Source of the DNA: Lama guanicoe
Taxonomy: Eukaryota
DNA: 64,000 nucleotides
NCBI GenBank assembly: GCA_013239625.1
Contig: MU053645.1
Coordinates: forward strand, 1,666,274 to 1,730,273
Direction of reading: 5' to 3'
A model generated the notes under the pieces. It did no database searches and was not told the origin of the DNA. It saw only the letters and a list, made by a program, of their open reading frames with translations. A program made the translations under genes and the position numbers. Below are positions 38,601-51,750 of this stretch, piece by piece; the stretch's first letter is position 1; each line of letters starts with the position of its first letter.

Positions 38601-41600
38601 AGACCTAGTTTCTGGATCCCCTGAAGACAAAGACTGAGATGGCTTTGTCTTAAGGGGGTTGTTCATTACAGAATGTTTGGGATTCTAAACAATTTGGCTC
38701 CACTGATTTTCTTTTCTGGGCAGATCTTGCTATCGCTGCTATTACCACGCCAGAATTACCTGAGAAACGAGATTGAAGAAGCTCTGGACATGGATCTCCT
38801 CAAGCAAGAAGCAGAGCATGAGGCCCTGGATGTTCCTCATCTCTCTAACTACATTCTCAATTTGATGATCCGGCTATGTGCACCAGTCCGAGATGAAGCA
38901 GTGCAAAAACTAGAGAGCATAACAGATCCTGTGCAGTTACTGAAGTGAGAAACTAAATGTACTGTCCCTGAAATCTGTCTTAGACACTGTGCCAGAAAAC
39001 TCTGGGCCAGATTCTGTGTTTAAGCCCCTGGCCTTGTCTAGCTCTTCTATACTGAAGAACTGACTAATACCTCCATTTTCCCTCTCTGGACTATTGGCTG
39101 TTATATTCCAAGATCAGACTCTCAGGGCCCTTTTGATGATCTTTACATAGTTTAGACCCTTCTAAAGAAATGATACTGTTAAGACATTAGCATACAGTAA
39201 TTATTTCTTCTAGAGATTTCAAACAGCCCTTTCCCAGACATCCTCCTATGTGTCCTAACTCAAACCCTGTGAGGGGACAGGAATGAGGATTATCCTTGCT
39301 TCACAGCTGGAAGAACCAAGACCCAAAGAGATAAAATGGTATGCCCAGTGAGTTAGAAATTCAATCACCATCATTCTAACTACCCACAGATAGTTGTTGA
39401 GATTTTGGTCATTTTTCTGAGAAGACAGAGCGACTAGACTGGATAGAGCTTTAGACTGATAACTAAAAGGTCAGAAGATGTATCTGTTCCTAGCTCTGCC
39501 AACAACTCACTCTGTGGCCTTGGGTCCCTGGGTAGAATGTCTTTATTTGTAAATTGAAGTAGAACTATGGTTTTTAAGGCCCCTTTTAACTCAAAAATAC
39601 TGTAATTTTAGGACTCCTTACTTGGGTTCCACCTCTCCACACTAGATTTCCTTTCAGAGTGTAAACATTTGATTTCTTCCTGTAACAGGGGTATCTTTCA
39701 TGTTCTGGGCCTGATGAAAATGGACATGGTGAACTATACTATCCAGAACCTTCGACCCTACCTGCAGGAACATTCTGTCCAGTATGAAAGAACTAAATTC
39801 CAGCAACTCCTCAACAAGCAGCCCAGTATGTTTAAAATTTAAGGGCAGAAGAGGGGAAATTTGACCTTGGGTCTGCCTTCTTACAGTGATAGAGTATTTT
39901 CTATTTTTTGAGTAGAAACTGTCTTCCTTGGGTAAGGGGTAGGAAGAAGAAACATTTCTCTAAGACAGAAAGACCTACAAAATCACTTCTTTATTGACCA
40001 AGAATATATCTTCAAGCCTTAGTCTTCAAGCCTTGGAGTTTGAAGACATTCAAATATTCCCTTCTATGTATGTCATAGGTCTCCTCGATTGCACCACAAA
40101 ATGGCTGATCAAAACGGCTGTAGATCTCACTACACCATCTCCAAGTTCTCCTGAGTCTCCCAGCTCCTCCAGGATGGCCTGTTCACCTCCAAATTGGGCA
40201 GCTAACAACTCAGAGCTTCCCAGTTCCACCATGGTGCTGTATGAGGGTTACGTGAACCTTCTTCTCTGGGATTCTGACATTGAAGAGTTTCCCGAGGTAG
40301 GAATATGTGTTAGAATGTTGCCTTTTTGTTTTGTATTAATTAAATACTTCACTAGAACCCTCTTCTCCTGACAATTTGCTCTTCCCTGCCTCACCAGACT
40401 CTGCTGATGGACAGAATGCGGCTGCGGGAGATAGAATCCCAGTTGAACCAATTAACAATACTGGCCTCAGTCTTGGTAGTGGCCAGAAGTTTCTCTGGTA
40501 ACACTTTATTCAGCACACCTAAATTTTTGGATAAACTAAAATGTATAACCAAGGCCCTGATGGAAGAATTTAACCCCAGGTAAGCTCCATAGATCTTTCA
40601 GAGAGTTGAAAATAGTATGTGGTTTTTAGGGACATAAACAGCTAATGTATTATTGCTTATTCTTCAACACAAATGACACAAAGAACCTTGGAAACCATCT
40701 GCAAAGGTCATTGGTGTCTTTTGATAAACTGTATTATGGCATGGGACAGAGACAAAAATTCTTTCCAAGGAGGAGAGTGTGGAACTAGTTTACTACAAAT
40801 GATTCTTATCATGTTTGCTAAAAATGAGTCATGGTATACTTAAATGAATGACACTGGATTTGTGTATGTATATCCAGAAGTTGATCAGTTGGTCAATAGT
40901 ACTGATTGATCATTTGCTGCATGCAGGGCACCACAACCAAAGTAAAAAGAGGAATTAGAAATTCAGGTCTCAATATATCTATAATTTAATTGGTGAAGTA
41001 GGGAAAACAGCCATGGAAAATGCCTAAGAAAATCTTTAAAAAGTATTTGAATAAAGTTTATGGGACTAAACAGTACTGAGTGGATCCAAGGATGGAACTG
41101 AACCCTCGTCCAATTTATCTTGTTTTCTTTGAAGTGGAGTATAGTACTGTATGTATGAATTAGTTACCCTTGAGGGTAACAATGAAGATATTTCACCTGC
41201 ACTCTGAGTCCTGCTGTCTGCTAGTGGTGGAGAGCTGGAACTCTTTTCTGAGTGGAGTTGGCCTCTGGTATGGGGCTGTCTGTGCTTTGACCGTATGCCA
41301 GGGCCATTCTGCTTTATGTCCTTCATTTCTAGGCCTGAAGAGGCTATGGTGAGTGTGAGTGAACAAGTGTCTTATGAAATCCATCAAGGCCTCAAAAACG
41401 TGGGCCTCACTGCCCTGAGTAGTGAAAAGACAGCATCTCTTATAGGCCAACTTCAGAACATTGCCAAGAAAGAGAACTGTGTTCGTAGCATTATTGGTAA
41501 GAGTCCCATGGTGGTGGTGGTGGTGGTGGTGGGGAGGGGTGGCAAGGATGTGGAAGATGAGAAAGTGGAGTTAACCCTGGAAGTCAGTTATGAAGCCATT

Positions 41601-42597
41601 TAAAAATGGAAAAGCATGATCACTGGGAAAGTCTTTTGGTTTTAGTTTCCTTATGTATAATGTGCAGAATTGAAGTAGAATCTCTTTCAGTTTGAAGAAT
41701 GAACATATGGTTTTAAGGTGGATCTGCAGCTACGACATATAAATTACCGGTGTGAGATACTGTCCCACCAACCCTACTAAGTCATCCCTGGTCATTGTCT
41801 AACTATATAGTCCTAGACCTACGGTGTGAAACCCCTTCTCTATCCCACGCTTTAAGTTACCATACAGACCCTCACACACCTCCAAGGAATAGATGCTAAC
41901 TTAGTCTGTAGGACATATTCCATGCTAGAATGGAAGCAGTGAACTTGGACACCTTGCTTCTAACTTTTGCATCTTAGCATAGTCAGATTTGGATCTGTGA
42001 TCCTGAACTTGGTGCACTGGCTGCTATGTGTGTCCTTAGAATTTCAGGTACATTGTCTAGGATCCTCTTTTTAAGTCAAATGCATGCCAGGAGCTCACTT
42101 AGAGCCACATAATACTATGAACAGCCAGAAATTTACTAGCTTTACATCTTTTGATCATGCATTGTCTTTGGGAGCTTGATAGCATTCCCTCCTCCAAAAT
42201 AAAACAAACAAACAAATCTCATTTATGGGGTTTACCCAAATGAGTGGGTAGATCAGTGAAAATCTCAGTTAATTTAAACTTTGGTGAACAGAGAGTGCAA
42301 GAACATTGTGTGTTTCTTTTGAAACCTCTTTGATCTTTCTCGCTTCACTCTTTCTTGCTCACAGATCAGCGGAGCCGCTTTTTTCTCAAATGCTGTTTGG
42401 TTCATGGTATGCAGGAGTCTCTGCTGGACTTCCCTGGAGGCCTTATTCTCATCAAGGAAGAGTTGGCAGAACTGGGTTGGAAGTTTGTCAATCTGATGCA
42501 TCACAATCAGCAGGTGTTTAGCCCCTACTACGAAGAAATCCTGAAAGATATCATCCCTCCAGCTCAAGCACAAGAGAAAGAAGTGGAGTCTGTCTGA
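32505..42597 (+). CDS. TCP11X2: T-complex protein 11 X-linked (TCP11X1/X2-type), join(32505..32631,34989..35091,37632..37752,38724..38944,39689..39825,40079..40296,40398..40579,41333..41496,42365..42597), 1506 nt, 501 aa
   Basis: Manual splicing gives a continuous ORF MPKIEKTVLQNDP...DLIETVNEVSKLSIAHEIVVNQDF...NAFWDHL...LCAPVRDEAVQKLE...MKMDMVNYTIQ...FPETLLMD...HHNQQVFSPYY...VESV*. All introns are GT-AG with matching phases. Confidence 0.93.
33815..34110. mobile_element. MER2-type Tigger DNA transposon
   Basis: tccctctgtatccac...gattggttccaggaccc...aaaatggcgtagtatttgcatataa...actttaaatcatctctagattactta. Confidence 0.75.
34989..35091 (+). CDS. TCP11X2: TCP11X coding exon 2 (alternative in-frame start at 34959)
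   Basis: (D)LIETVNEVSKLSIAHEIVVNQDFYVEESVLPPN; donor GTACAG at 35092. Confidence 0.9.
36265..37230 (-). mobile_element. L2 LINE relic
   Basis: cattcaacagattttattgagtactt and gataatgagttcaattttaggcttgctgagtttgaggtgc. Confidence 0.6.
37632..37752 (+). CDS. TCP11X2: TCP11X coding exon 3
   Basis: LEGRIMEMMYNAFWDHLEDQLSSIPPDFTCALELLKEVKE; donor GTGAGT. Confidence 0.93.
38138..38417 (+). mobile_element. 5'-truncated L1 3' end
   Basis: cacagacacagaaaacaaacttatggttacca...tatagcacaggga; TSD agaatg(t/c)ctca at 38127-38137 and 38418-38428. Confidence 0.8.
38724..38944 (+). CDS. TCP11X2: TCP11X coding exon 4
   Basis: ILLSLLLPRQNYLRNEIEEALDMDLLKQEAEH...DPVQLL; donor GTGAGA. Confidence 0.93.
39689..39825 (+). 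CDS. TCP11X2: TCP11X coding exon 5
   Basis: GIFHVLGLMKMDMVNYTIQNLRPYLQEHSVQYERTKFQQLLNKQP; donor GTATGT. Confidence 0.93.
40079..40296 (+). CDS. TCP11X2: TCP11X coding exon 6
   Basis: LLDCTTKWLIKTAVDLTTPSPSSP...NLLLWDSDIEEFPE; donor GTAGGA. Confidence 0.93.
40398..40579 (+). CDS. TCP11X2: TCP11X coding exon 7
   Basis: TLLMDRMRLREIESQLNQLTILASVLVVARSFSG...KALMEEFNP; donor GTAAGC. Confidence 0.93.
41333..41496 (+). CDS. TCP11X2: TCP11X coding exon 8
   Basis: PEEAMVSVSEQVSYEIHQGLKN...LQNIAKKENCVRSII; donor GTAAGA. Confidence 0.93.
42365..42597 (+). CDS. TCP11X2: TCP11X coding exon 9 (terminal)
   Basis: (D)QRSRFFLKCCLVHGMQESLLDFPGGL...AQAQEKEVESV*. Confidence 0.93.
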
Positions 42598-42697
42598 TAG
42601 TGCTGGACCCCGACTATGGCAACAGGGACCCAGGAGAGAGGGCTCAGCATGTTCCTGGGGTGACATCACCTGTGGCCAGCAGATCAGCCTCTTCCTC

Positions 42698-42770
42698 AAT
42701 AAAGCCCAGACACAGGGCTGCAGGGTTCAAGCATGTAAACACCAACTGGCTCAGCCTCCTTCATAATAAA
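42698..42770 (+). terminator. Candidate polyadenylation signals of TCP11X
   Basis: AATAAA at 42698-42703 and 42765-42770. Confidence 0.65.
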
Positions 42771-45700
42771 CTGAGCTGCAAGAAAACCTCGATTCCTTCT
42801 GTGTTGCAACTGAATCCAGATTCCGTTAAACGCTTAAACCCTACCATGTAAGAAGCCAGTGAGCCCTCAGTTTTCCCTTCACTGGCTGATCATTCTTCAG
42901 TATTCTGCTTGAGCATCAGAGCATCAGGTGCTAGCGTTATTTTCTCCAATGGAAAATCATTTCCTTGAGGGCTATGAAAACGTTTGGGGGAATTTTGCAG
43001 AGTATGAGTTCTGGAAGTGTAAGGGCTTCTGGAAGTCAGAAATACACTGAGATCAAGAGAGGCCAGAGAACCCCATTTCCAGTACCAAATTTTCCATATA
43101 ATTTAAAAAGATGCAGTAACAGTAAGAGTCCCCACCTCCTGTTCTAGTGTGGGGCACGAAGCAGTATGAAAACCGGGGACTGGATGAAAGTCTGTATTGT
43201 CTGCTAACAGGCATTCAGCTGAGGACAGTTCTCAGCCTCAGCGGGATTCCCCCCCACTGCCCCCCCCTCCTGGGGGTCAGGTTTGGAATATCTGAGACTG
43301 ACAGCAAATCCAAGCCCTTAGGTCACTGACATTTGTATCAAGTTCATCTCTGTTCCCATTCCATAGCTGAATCAACCTCCTGTTTTCACATTTTTAGGTT
43401 TAGAACACCCCTTTCTTTTTGACAGAAGTGATGTGGGTATTCAAGGGTGGGGTAACCATCATGCTTCTTTCCACTTGCAGACTGAGACTCTAACTCCCAG
43501 GTTATGATTGTCAGCTCAGTTGGCATCAAAAATGACAGATGTTCTAGGTCCACAAGGATCTGGGCTTGTTTTCTGAAATTGTAGATATTCATCCTATCAT
43601 TTTCAGGCCAACTGCAACAGACCAACAATCTAGGAACTTAGGGAAGAAAGTCAGTTTTGATTTGGACTTGTTTGAAATCGATAGGAGAAAATAGAAATTC
43701 ACTTGTGGGATATTACAACTGGATGGAAAAAATGTCTTCACCATTTCAGGGGATGTAAAGAGCTGAGTATGATTTATATAATCCAAGAATGATAACAGAT
43801 GGGATTTGAGTTCCATTACACTGAACGTAATTTTTCTAGAGGGTGGATCCCAGGTGATTGACACAGCTAGATGAACAGAGTGACATTAGACTGAAACGAA
43901 ACTTTGCCTTATACTTTATAATTAAAATTTGGTATAATTTATTTCTTAGACATTCTGAGTTGGTTCTCTATTTCCATATGGAAGAGATAGAGATCCTAAT
44001 CTTAAACAAGGAAAGATGACTGCATTCAATTCTGCTTACCATTTAGGGAATATATACGTGTGTGTGTGTGTTTGTGTGTGTAAATTGGTAGTATGTGTAC
44101 ATGGTTAAAAAAGACATGGTGAAAAGTCAATTTCTCTCCCACCCTGGTCTCATTTCCTCTACCCAGAGGAAATCATTATCAGATTTTTGTATATCCTTCC
44201 AGAGATATCCTAGAGTCAGAGATGCAGTGCACTGTATGTTAGGAGGGCAGTCAGTTTCAATATTTCAGGTCTAGAGGTCACATATTTCAAAATCAAAGTC
44301 TGAGCAGTGTTTTGTTAATTAATATTAATATTTGTTTCATGTTCCTAAATATTTTCCTAAATGTTCAGACAGAGATTTGCCTGAAAAGGTTTAACTATAC
44401 TGTCAAGACATGTCTCCAGCAGCAGTCATCTTCAATCTCACAATTAATTGGAACTGCATCTTCAGGCAGAAAAGCCAATGGCTCACTCTTCCCCTAATTC
44501 AAGGCAGAGCACACAGAAATGTTAACAGCTTTAACAAACTTCATCTAAAACCTCATCATTATCTAAAATGCTAGGCCCTTACGTCACTAGTCTAATTGTC
44601 TAGCTTACTCATCTCTCCTGAGCCTCAAACTCTCAGTTATAGCTTCATGTGGAACAAGGTGAGCGTTAGTACCCACCACCCCATGCATGCTGTGATCTCT
44701 GAAACGTGTGACAACCAAGGGCCTCCAACAGACCACTATTAATGCACCTTCACCATCACCAAGTGTGAAGTCCCTTGTTTCCTGTCTCTCCAGCTGTGCT
44801 TGTGTGTCTATAGGGGAAGCAAGAACTGAATATTTTAGTGTGGTGCTGACAGGAGCTTTAGTTTCAGTGAGTGCACAGAGCAGTCAGCCTGCACACAAGG
44901 CAATAAAGTCGTGGTATTTACTGACTACAGGCCCACTAGGACCCTCAGTATGAAGTGAGCCCCAAGCTCAGAAGAGGCTCTGGGAGGAGGTGTGTGAAGG
45001 TAGAGGCTGTAGGGAAAAGGGACACACAAGTTTAGAGATGTATGTACGTGTTGAAGTGTCAGCCTCTTTACAGGGCCCTTCACATAGAATTTCTCATCAG
45101 CACATTGGGAAAAATATTAACCTCCAGGCTTTGGCGGCAGAGACAACGGGGGCAGGAATACTGGTCTTAAGGAGAAATAGCAAAGGGGCTCATACTGGGC
45201 TGGGCCTCATCAGCTCCCTGGACGCGCACATTTTACATTTTAAACAAACAATATAAACCTTTAAAATTTTAATGGATTCTGCCAAGTAAAACTTAAAGTT
45301 ATAAAAATTTCAAGTGAAAACCCACAGTATACAAGAAGGGCCTATTTCCCAACACTCCTTCCACCTAAAATTTAGTATAGTTTCTGCCCCAGCCTGTCCA
45401 CTTTTGAAAACTTAATTAATATATTATATCAAGTTTTGCATTAGGATTTCCATAGTGATTGTAGTTAAGAAGATTTTCATGGCTGTATTTGGCCTTTTTG
45501 TTGCTCTTAATGAGAATTTTAGGTTGATATCATTTCATCTTTCTACAGTTATTTCTATACCAGGATATTAAACCTTTTGCAGGTAATATATATGCCAATT
45601 TTTCTTCCCACATTTTTATATTCCTTTTAATTTTTTAGAAGCAAAGTGTTTCATTTTAAATTTAATAGATGTTTGTGATTAAGAAAATAACATGGTTCAA

Positions 45701-46515
45701 TGTTTAAAAGTTAATGAAGAACACCTAGAGGTCACAGAACTCCGACCTTTGAATTGATCAGTGTCACAGAGCATCCTCACGCAGCGGAGGTGCCAGGAGC
45801 CATGAGGTGTGCCTTGGGCTTTAGGGTAAGTGCAGATTTTGAGTCCTTGCTTTGCATTTTCCTAGTACTATACCCTGTGGCAGGTGACTGACTGGCTCTA
45901 TCTTTCATCTTCTTTGTAGATAGGACAATGGCAATAGTACCTATTGTGAAAGATCTGATAAGGATTGAAGGAGATCAACTGACAAGTTCTCTCCACAGAG
46001 AAGCAGACTGGTGACTTCATATCTGTCCCTCAGGTTTCCTTCCCCATGTTCGTACCTGGGCTTGTCCCTACACACCATGGCTTCTCGGGAACTAGCCACA
46101 TAATAATTACTGTTGAGTAAGGGATTGATCATGATTTCTATTTTCTTATTTATGTTTTATATATTTCTAGACTACATAAAATATTTTATTATCTTAATAA
46201 AAATCATCTTTGCTTTGAACCTAAGCTTATAATAGCCACTGGCCTTCTCAGCAGTGTGATACCTTTTTTTTATGATATTCATCTGTGACTTGATAGAGAA
46301 GATGAGATTGCTGAGCAGGAGATTTCATCATAATTTCATTTTACTTATTCCTTCAGCAATTGCAAAACAAAGCATTTAGCAAATTTTGTTTCATTTTCTC
46401 AAATAATATTTTTCATTGAAGAAAATTTAGAAATTGGAGGTCACTGACTACTAATGTAAAGAAAGCTATGTATGTATATGTGCATGAGAGAGAGAGAGAG
46501 GATGTCAGTATGTAT

Positions 46516-46987
46516 TGTCGATGAAAAATGAATCAATCAATATAAGATAGAAATGGAAAATTTTATTTGAGCCAAATTTTAGGATTATAACCCAGGAAGG
46601 GCATCTCAGAAAGCTCTGAAAACTATTCTGCTGGTTAGAAATCAAGGCACAATTTTATAAGTTTTTTGAGATAGAGGGCTGTACATCAAATGACGTATTA
46701 TTGACAGTTTACATGATCCAGATCTAAGCGTCAATCCTGGTGGGTCATGTGACCCCTTACAAGATCAAGAAGCAGTGTTATCATTTAAGGAGTTGTCTTG
46801 GTGATGCCGGGAGAATGTGGCATCTTTATGGTTGAGCAGGTATCCCTGCCAACGGGGGAGGTCTGGTCGGTGCATAATGCAGTTACACAATGCACAGCTG
46901 GGGGAGAGAGGGAGCCTAAGGGCAGAGAAGAATTTCTCATGTTTAAATTTTTCTTGGCTTGCCATAAAATACGAATTTTATTTCATA
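46516..46987 (-). mobile_element. 3' LTR of an ERV1-type provirus
   Basis: On -: polypurine tract agggggaaa (about 46997-46989) abuts the LTR start, AATAAA at 46567-46562, LTR ends ...cgaCA at 46516. Confidence 0.7.
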
Positions 46988-49547
46988 ATTTCCCCCTGTG
47001 GACCATTAATCTTTTGATAGAAAGCATTAGGTGATCAAATTTTTGGTCCCTAGAAGCCAGGATGGCTGCGTCTGCCTCAGTGTCCATCATGTCCCTCGAT
47101 GCGTTGTCCTAATAGTCTGGTTCTCTCTTTTTGGGGGCTATACTAGCAGAATGTTAGGCAAGGATGGCAGCCAATTCTAGGTTGTCCACTAAGGAACTTA
47201 AGCCAATTTTCCTCACAAGTGCATTGTGTATGCCCATTATTTTATAGAGAGCTATAGAGGTGATCTATAGTTTCAAATCATTTAGACATCATTAATCTCA
47301 TACGAGCAGATGCCACACAGTATGAAAGGCAAGAAACTGTCACCGTATCAGTTCCACAAACAAATTTAAATTGGTAGCAGGAACAACTATGTCATTAGCA
47401 AAGATTTAAGCCAAAATCCTCCTGAACCAAACCAGTTTCCTAGTATTTCCCCTAAACTGGGAGGAGGGTTGTTCAGAGAAGAAATTTCACTCTTCGTGGG
47501 TCATAAAATGATTTAACAAATGTCATGGCCAAATGGTCATACCATTGGAAAACTGATAGAAACCAGCGTGCCCACCCTAAAGGCAGATCGACAGATTGGC
47601 AGGGGCTGTTTCCAAGGCTGCCTGTAAGTGACCTTGAACCCAAGGGAAACCAACTGTGCATCTCCCTAGCCAACCTGGGGAAAGGCAAGGTCATAAACTT
47701 GTTCCATAAATCCACTGGGTCCTGTTAGGAGATACCCAATATTCAACATCTAATATAAAGGATTATTTATGGCCAAAACAGTCATCATTAATTGGCTGTG
47801 TAAAAAGGATCTGACTTTTAGTGATATTGGCAGTAATGTTAGCTTGCATGGTGCTGGACTTTCTTTTAAAATAAAATTTCTAAAGCACCCAATCAGGGCC
47901 TTGGAGAGGTGAAATCCACTAGGGCAACCTGGGTGTACTGGACATAGGTAATTGGTCATAAATCCAGCAACTGGGTTTATTTTTGAAACTTGCATATGAT
48001 TGAGCCCAAGAAATACATTTGGCTCACAAGCAAAAGTATGAGTAAAATAATCAGTATACAGGCCTGGTCTGGCATCTTGGGTCAGCTGTCTACTTCAGAT
48101 GTCTTCTTCTCATCCTGGTCTGGTAGCGCTGGTCTTAGTCAAAGTCAGATGTCAGAAACAGGAGTAGCAGTTCATTCAGGAGATGCCTGACATGGTCCCT
48201 TCCAATGTGGCTGCAACGAGTCTTTCATCTCACGTCTTTTCCTATATGAATAATCTAGTTGCAGGTCATGGAGAATCAGATCTTCATCCAAAGTTGGATT
48301 ACTGTGCTAAACTTCAGAAACAAAGGTAGAATGTCCTTTTAATAAATAAACTTTTCAAGGAACTATCTGGGAAGTCTTAGCCAGTAAATACAGACCTCAA
48401 TTAACAAAACTAGAATTTAATATTTACTGAAACAACATAATGTTGTTCCTAAAACTATCCTCATTTCTACCAAATACGTGATTAATTGGCCATATAGTCT
48501 CTTTTATTTTGGAGAGTTGGGGGGGGGGGTGTTATAGATTCCTTTAAATTGGCTGTGCTGGAAGTTTATATAAAGAATCTCAGACTGAACTTTAAAAGGC
48601 CAGGAAGGGCATGTCATACATTCTGACTGTGATATCTATAGATTTGGGTGATGCTTGGGTGAATTCTTCTCTTCTCCAGGTCCCCAAAATACCTTGAGAT
48701 TCCTGCACCTGTTAGGAGGTGGCCTTCTTTATATACCTAAGAAAGCTGCTGGGAACTCAAGAGTTTCCAAAATCTGGAGGGATTGGGTAGAAAGAAAAGA
48801 TGTGTCAATTCTATTTACAGAGGTGTAATTTGAAGGTTTCCTTATATCTATACAACACAGATTAAAAACCAGTAATATTTCAGACAAAGACCAAAAATTA
48901 TAACCACACTCATTAAGTTCACTTAGTCCTATGTGACTAATCTGTGGTCTTAATATGTTAACAGTTTTAGGAAGCCATCAGATTTTCCACTAAAGCTCTT
49001 TAATTTCTTACCCAGTTCAGCAGTATGACCTGAAAGTTATCAGAAATTTGTACTTGTCAAAAAATCCTTTCTATGAATCTTGAAGAAAAGTATTTGTGCA
49101 AAAACATCAGAGTACAATAATAATTGTCTACAAATGACAAAAATTTAAAAAGTCAAGGTTAAAGACTTCTTTATCACATCACAATTGAAAAGAAAAGTGG
49201 TTACAGCTGTGACATACACTAACATTATGACTGATGTCATTTTCTAAAACATACCAGAATTTTAGAAGTTCCATATAATTTCTAGAATGCATACATTAAT
49301 AACATTTACCCATACGACACAATCTAAGAACTTTTATCACCACTTATTTAACAATGCTTTACTTTTAATTTAACATACCAAATATACCTAATTAGTTTAA
49401 TATTACTCTCTCTGACATGGAGAGAAAACAAATATTTTGAGATGTTCCAGGGACCTTTTGAAAAACCTCAAATTTAACTAGCGGTCACATGAACTTCATT
49501 TAGAATTTGATCTTTGGAAAGTTTGTCCAAAATACCAGTTTCTAAAA

Positions 49548-50290
49548 AAAATTTAGTATAGTCAGTTTACAATGTTGTGTCAATTTCTGATGTACAGCAT
49601 AATGTTTCAGTCATACATGTACATACACATATTCCTTTTAATATTCTTTTTCATTGTAGGTTACTACAAAATATTGAATATAGTTCCCTGCACTACAAAG
49701 TATGAACCTACTTATCTATTTAGTATATAGTAGTTAATATCTACAAGTCTTGAACTCCCAAATTATTTCTTCCCATCTCCTTTCCCCACCTGTAACCATA
49801 AGTTTGTTTTCTATGCCTGTGATTCTGTTTCTGTTTTGTAAATACGTTCATTTGTCATTTTTTATATTCCACATAGATGTGATATGATATTTTTCTTTAT
49901 CTTTCTGGCATTCTTCACTTAGTATGACAATCTCCAGGTCCATCCATGTTGCTGCAAATGACATTATTTTATTCTTTTTTATGGCTGAGTAGTATTCCAT
50001 TATGTATATGTATATACATATACAACAACTTTCTTATCCTGTCATCTATTGATGGATATTTAGATCGTTTCCATGTCTTGGCTATTGTAAATAGTGCTAC
50101 TATGAACATTGGGACGCAAGTATCTTTTAGAATTAGGGTTCCCTCTGGATATACACCCAGGACTGGGATTGCTGGGTTATATGGTAAGTCTAGTTTTAGT
50201 TTTTTAAGGAATCTCCATACTGTTTTCCATAATGGCTGCACCAAACTACATTCCCACCAACAGTGTAGAAGAGCCCCCTTCTCTCCACAA
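49548..50290 (-). mobile_element. L1 3' end inserted in the ERV
   Basis: ORF2 C-terminus [32 protein letters not shown]...[15 protein letters not shown] plus 3' UTR. Confidence 0.9.
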
Positions 50291-51750
50291 AAATATCAAA
50301 GTTTTAAAACACTCGATCAAATAGAATCACAGATCACTGTGAAACAATACCCATTCACTTAGCCAAGGTGGCAATAAAAGATCTCACTAGCAAATACAGA
50401 TCATTTAAACAAAGAAATTCACAGTCTATTACCAAAAGCAGTTAAGAAAACTTTGTCCCTTTAGGGAGAGAACCAAATTCAGGTTTTGTACCAGTTTACC
50501 TTTGAAATTCATCTTCTTAATTAAGTTCAATCTTATCTTAGCCAACCTTGACCATGCACAAAACTCTCTCAGTGTTCCTTCTCCACATATCTCCCATAAC
50601 TTTCTGATCCATTCAGAAACAACCATTACTAGGACAAAACCACCTTTTTTCCTTTAACAAAATACATTTTCATTCCCCATACCTTCTTTGCTGAAAACAC
50701 ACATCTTACTTTCACTTGCATACTGAAATGTTCCCTTACCATTTTTAACCTCGAAGCTTTAATCTCTAGTGAACACCAAGAAGTAATTGTAAACTGTCGT
50801 ATCAGTATTTCCTGATTGACACACTTACATTTTAGTCTTCCTCTCCTAAGAAGACAAAGGTAGGTAAACTTAGATCTGCCCAGTAATTAATGTCCCAGTA
50901 TTTTATCCTATTTGAAATGACCTGGATAGTGAATGAATTCTTATTTTAACTTAGTTTAGTTTCACGTTGTCAAAATCTGGAGATACTATCCTTACAGCAG
51001 ACATTCCTAAAACAGAAATATTCCTAGAGTACCTAAAAGCTCTTCTCATTTACCTCTATTATATTTACTTAAAAGTTTTGTCATTCTTTTTCTTGCCGAC
51101 ACACTTTGTAGGAGGAATAATAAGGTCTTATTTGATTTCTAGTAAACCTAGGTACAATAAAAGTATTATTGTTGATGACTCTAAAGACATGTCAGTATTA
51201 ATCAAACCCACGAGCTTAAGCTAACTTTAATACCACATATTAATTCAATACTGATTATTTCCCAGATCACATAAACCTGATACTCATTCTGGCTAGATTC
51301 TTTTATATTTCCAAGTATTTATATATGTACTTAATTTCCTTTAAGCCAATTAAATAGAGCTCTTTTAAAAATAAATTCTGGCAATACCACACATCTACAA
51401 CACACATATAGATACATACAAACACATAAACAAACATGGAGACCTCATAGTTCCCATTCAAAATTTCAGTCCTGAATCAGATACAAAAATGTAAAACCCA
51501 TTAGTTACAAGAAGTTGAATTCAAATTGAGTTTCTGGCAGATGAAACAAATCAAGGTCGCCTGTCTAGATGGCTAAATCCTTTTCATTAATGTTTACGGA
51601 GAAGGCACTTAAGATTTCTATTTATCCTTTGCAAGTCAAGTACCAAATTACCTATCCCCTTTCCTGAAATTTGCTTTTTAAAAAGATGATGGAGATAAGA
51701 GTTCCTGGAGAAGACCAAGTAGTACATTTGCATGATCAAAGGCATAGGAG

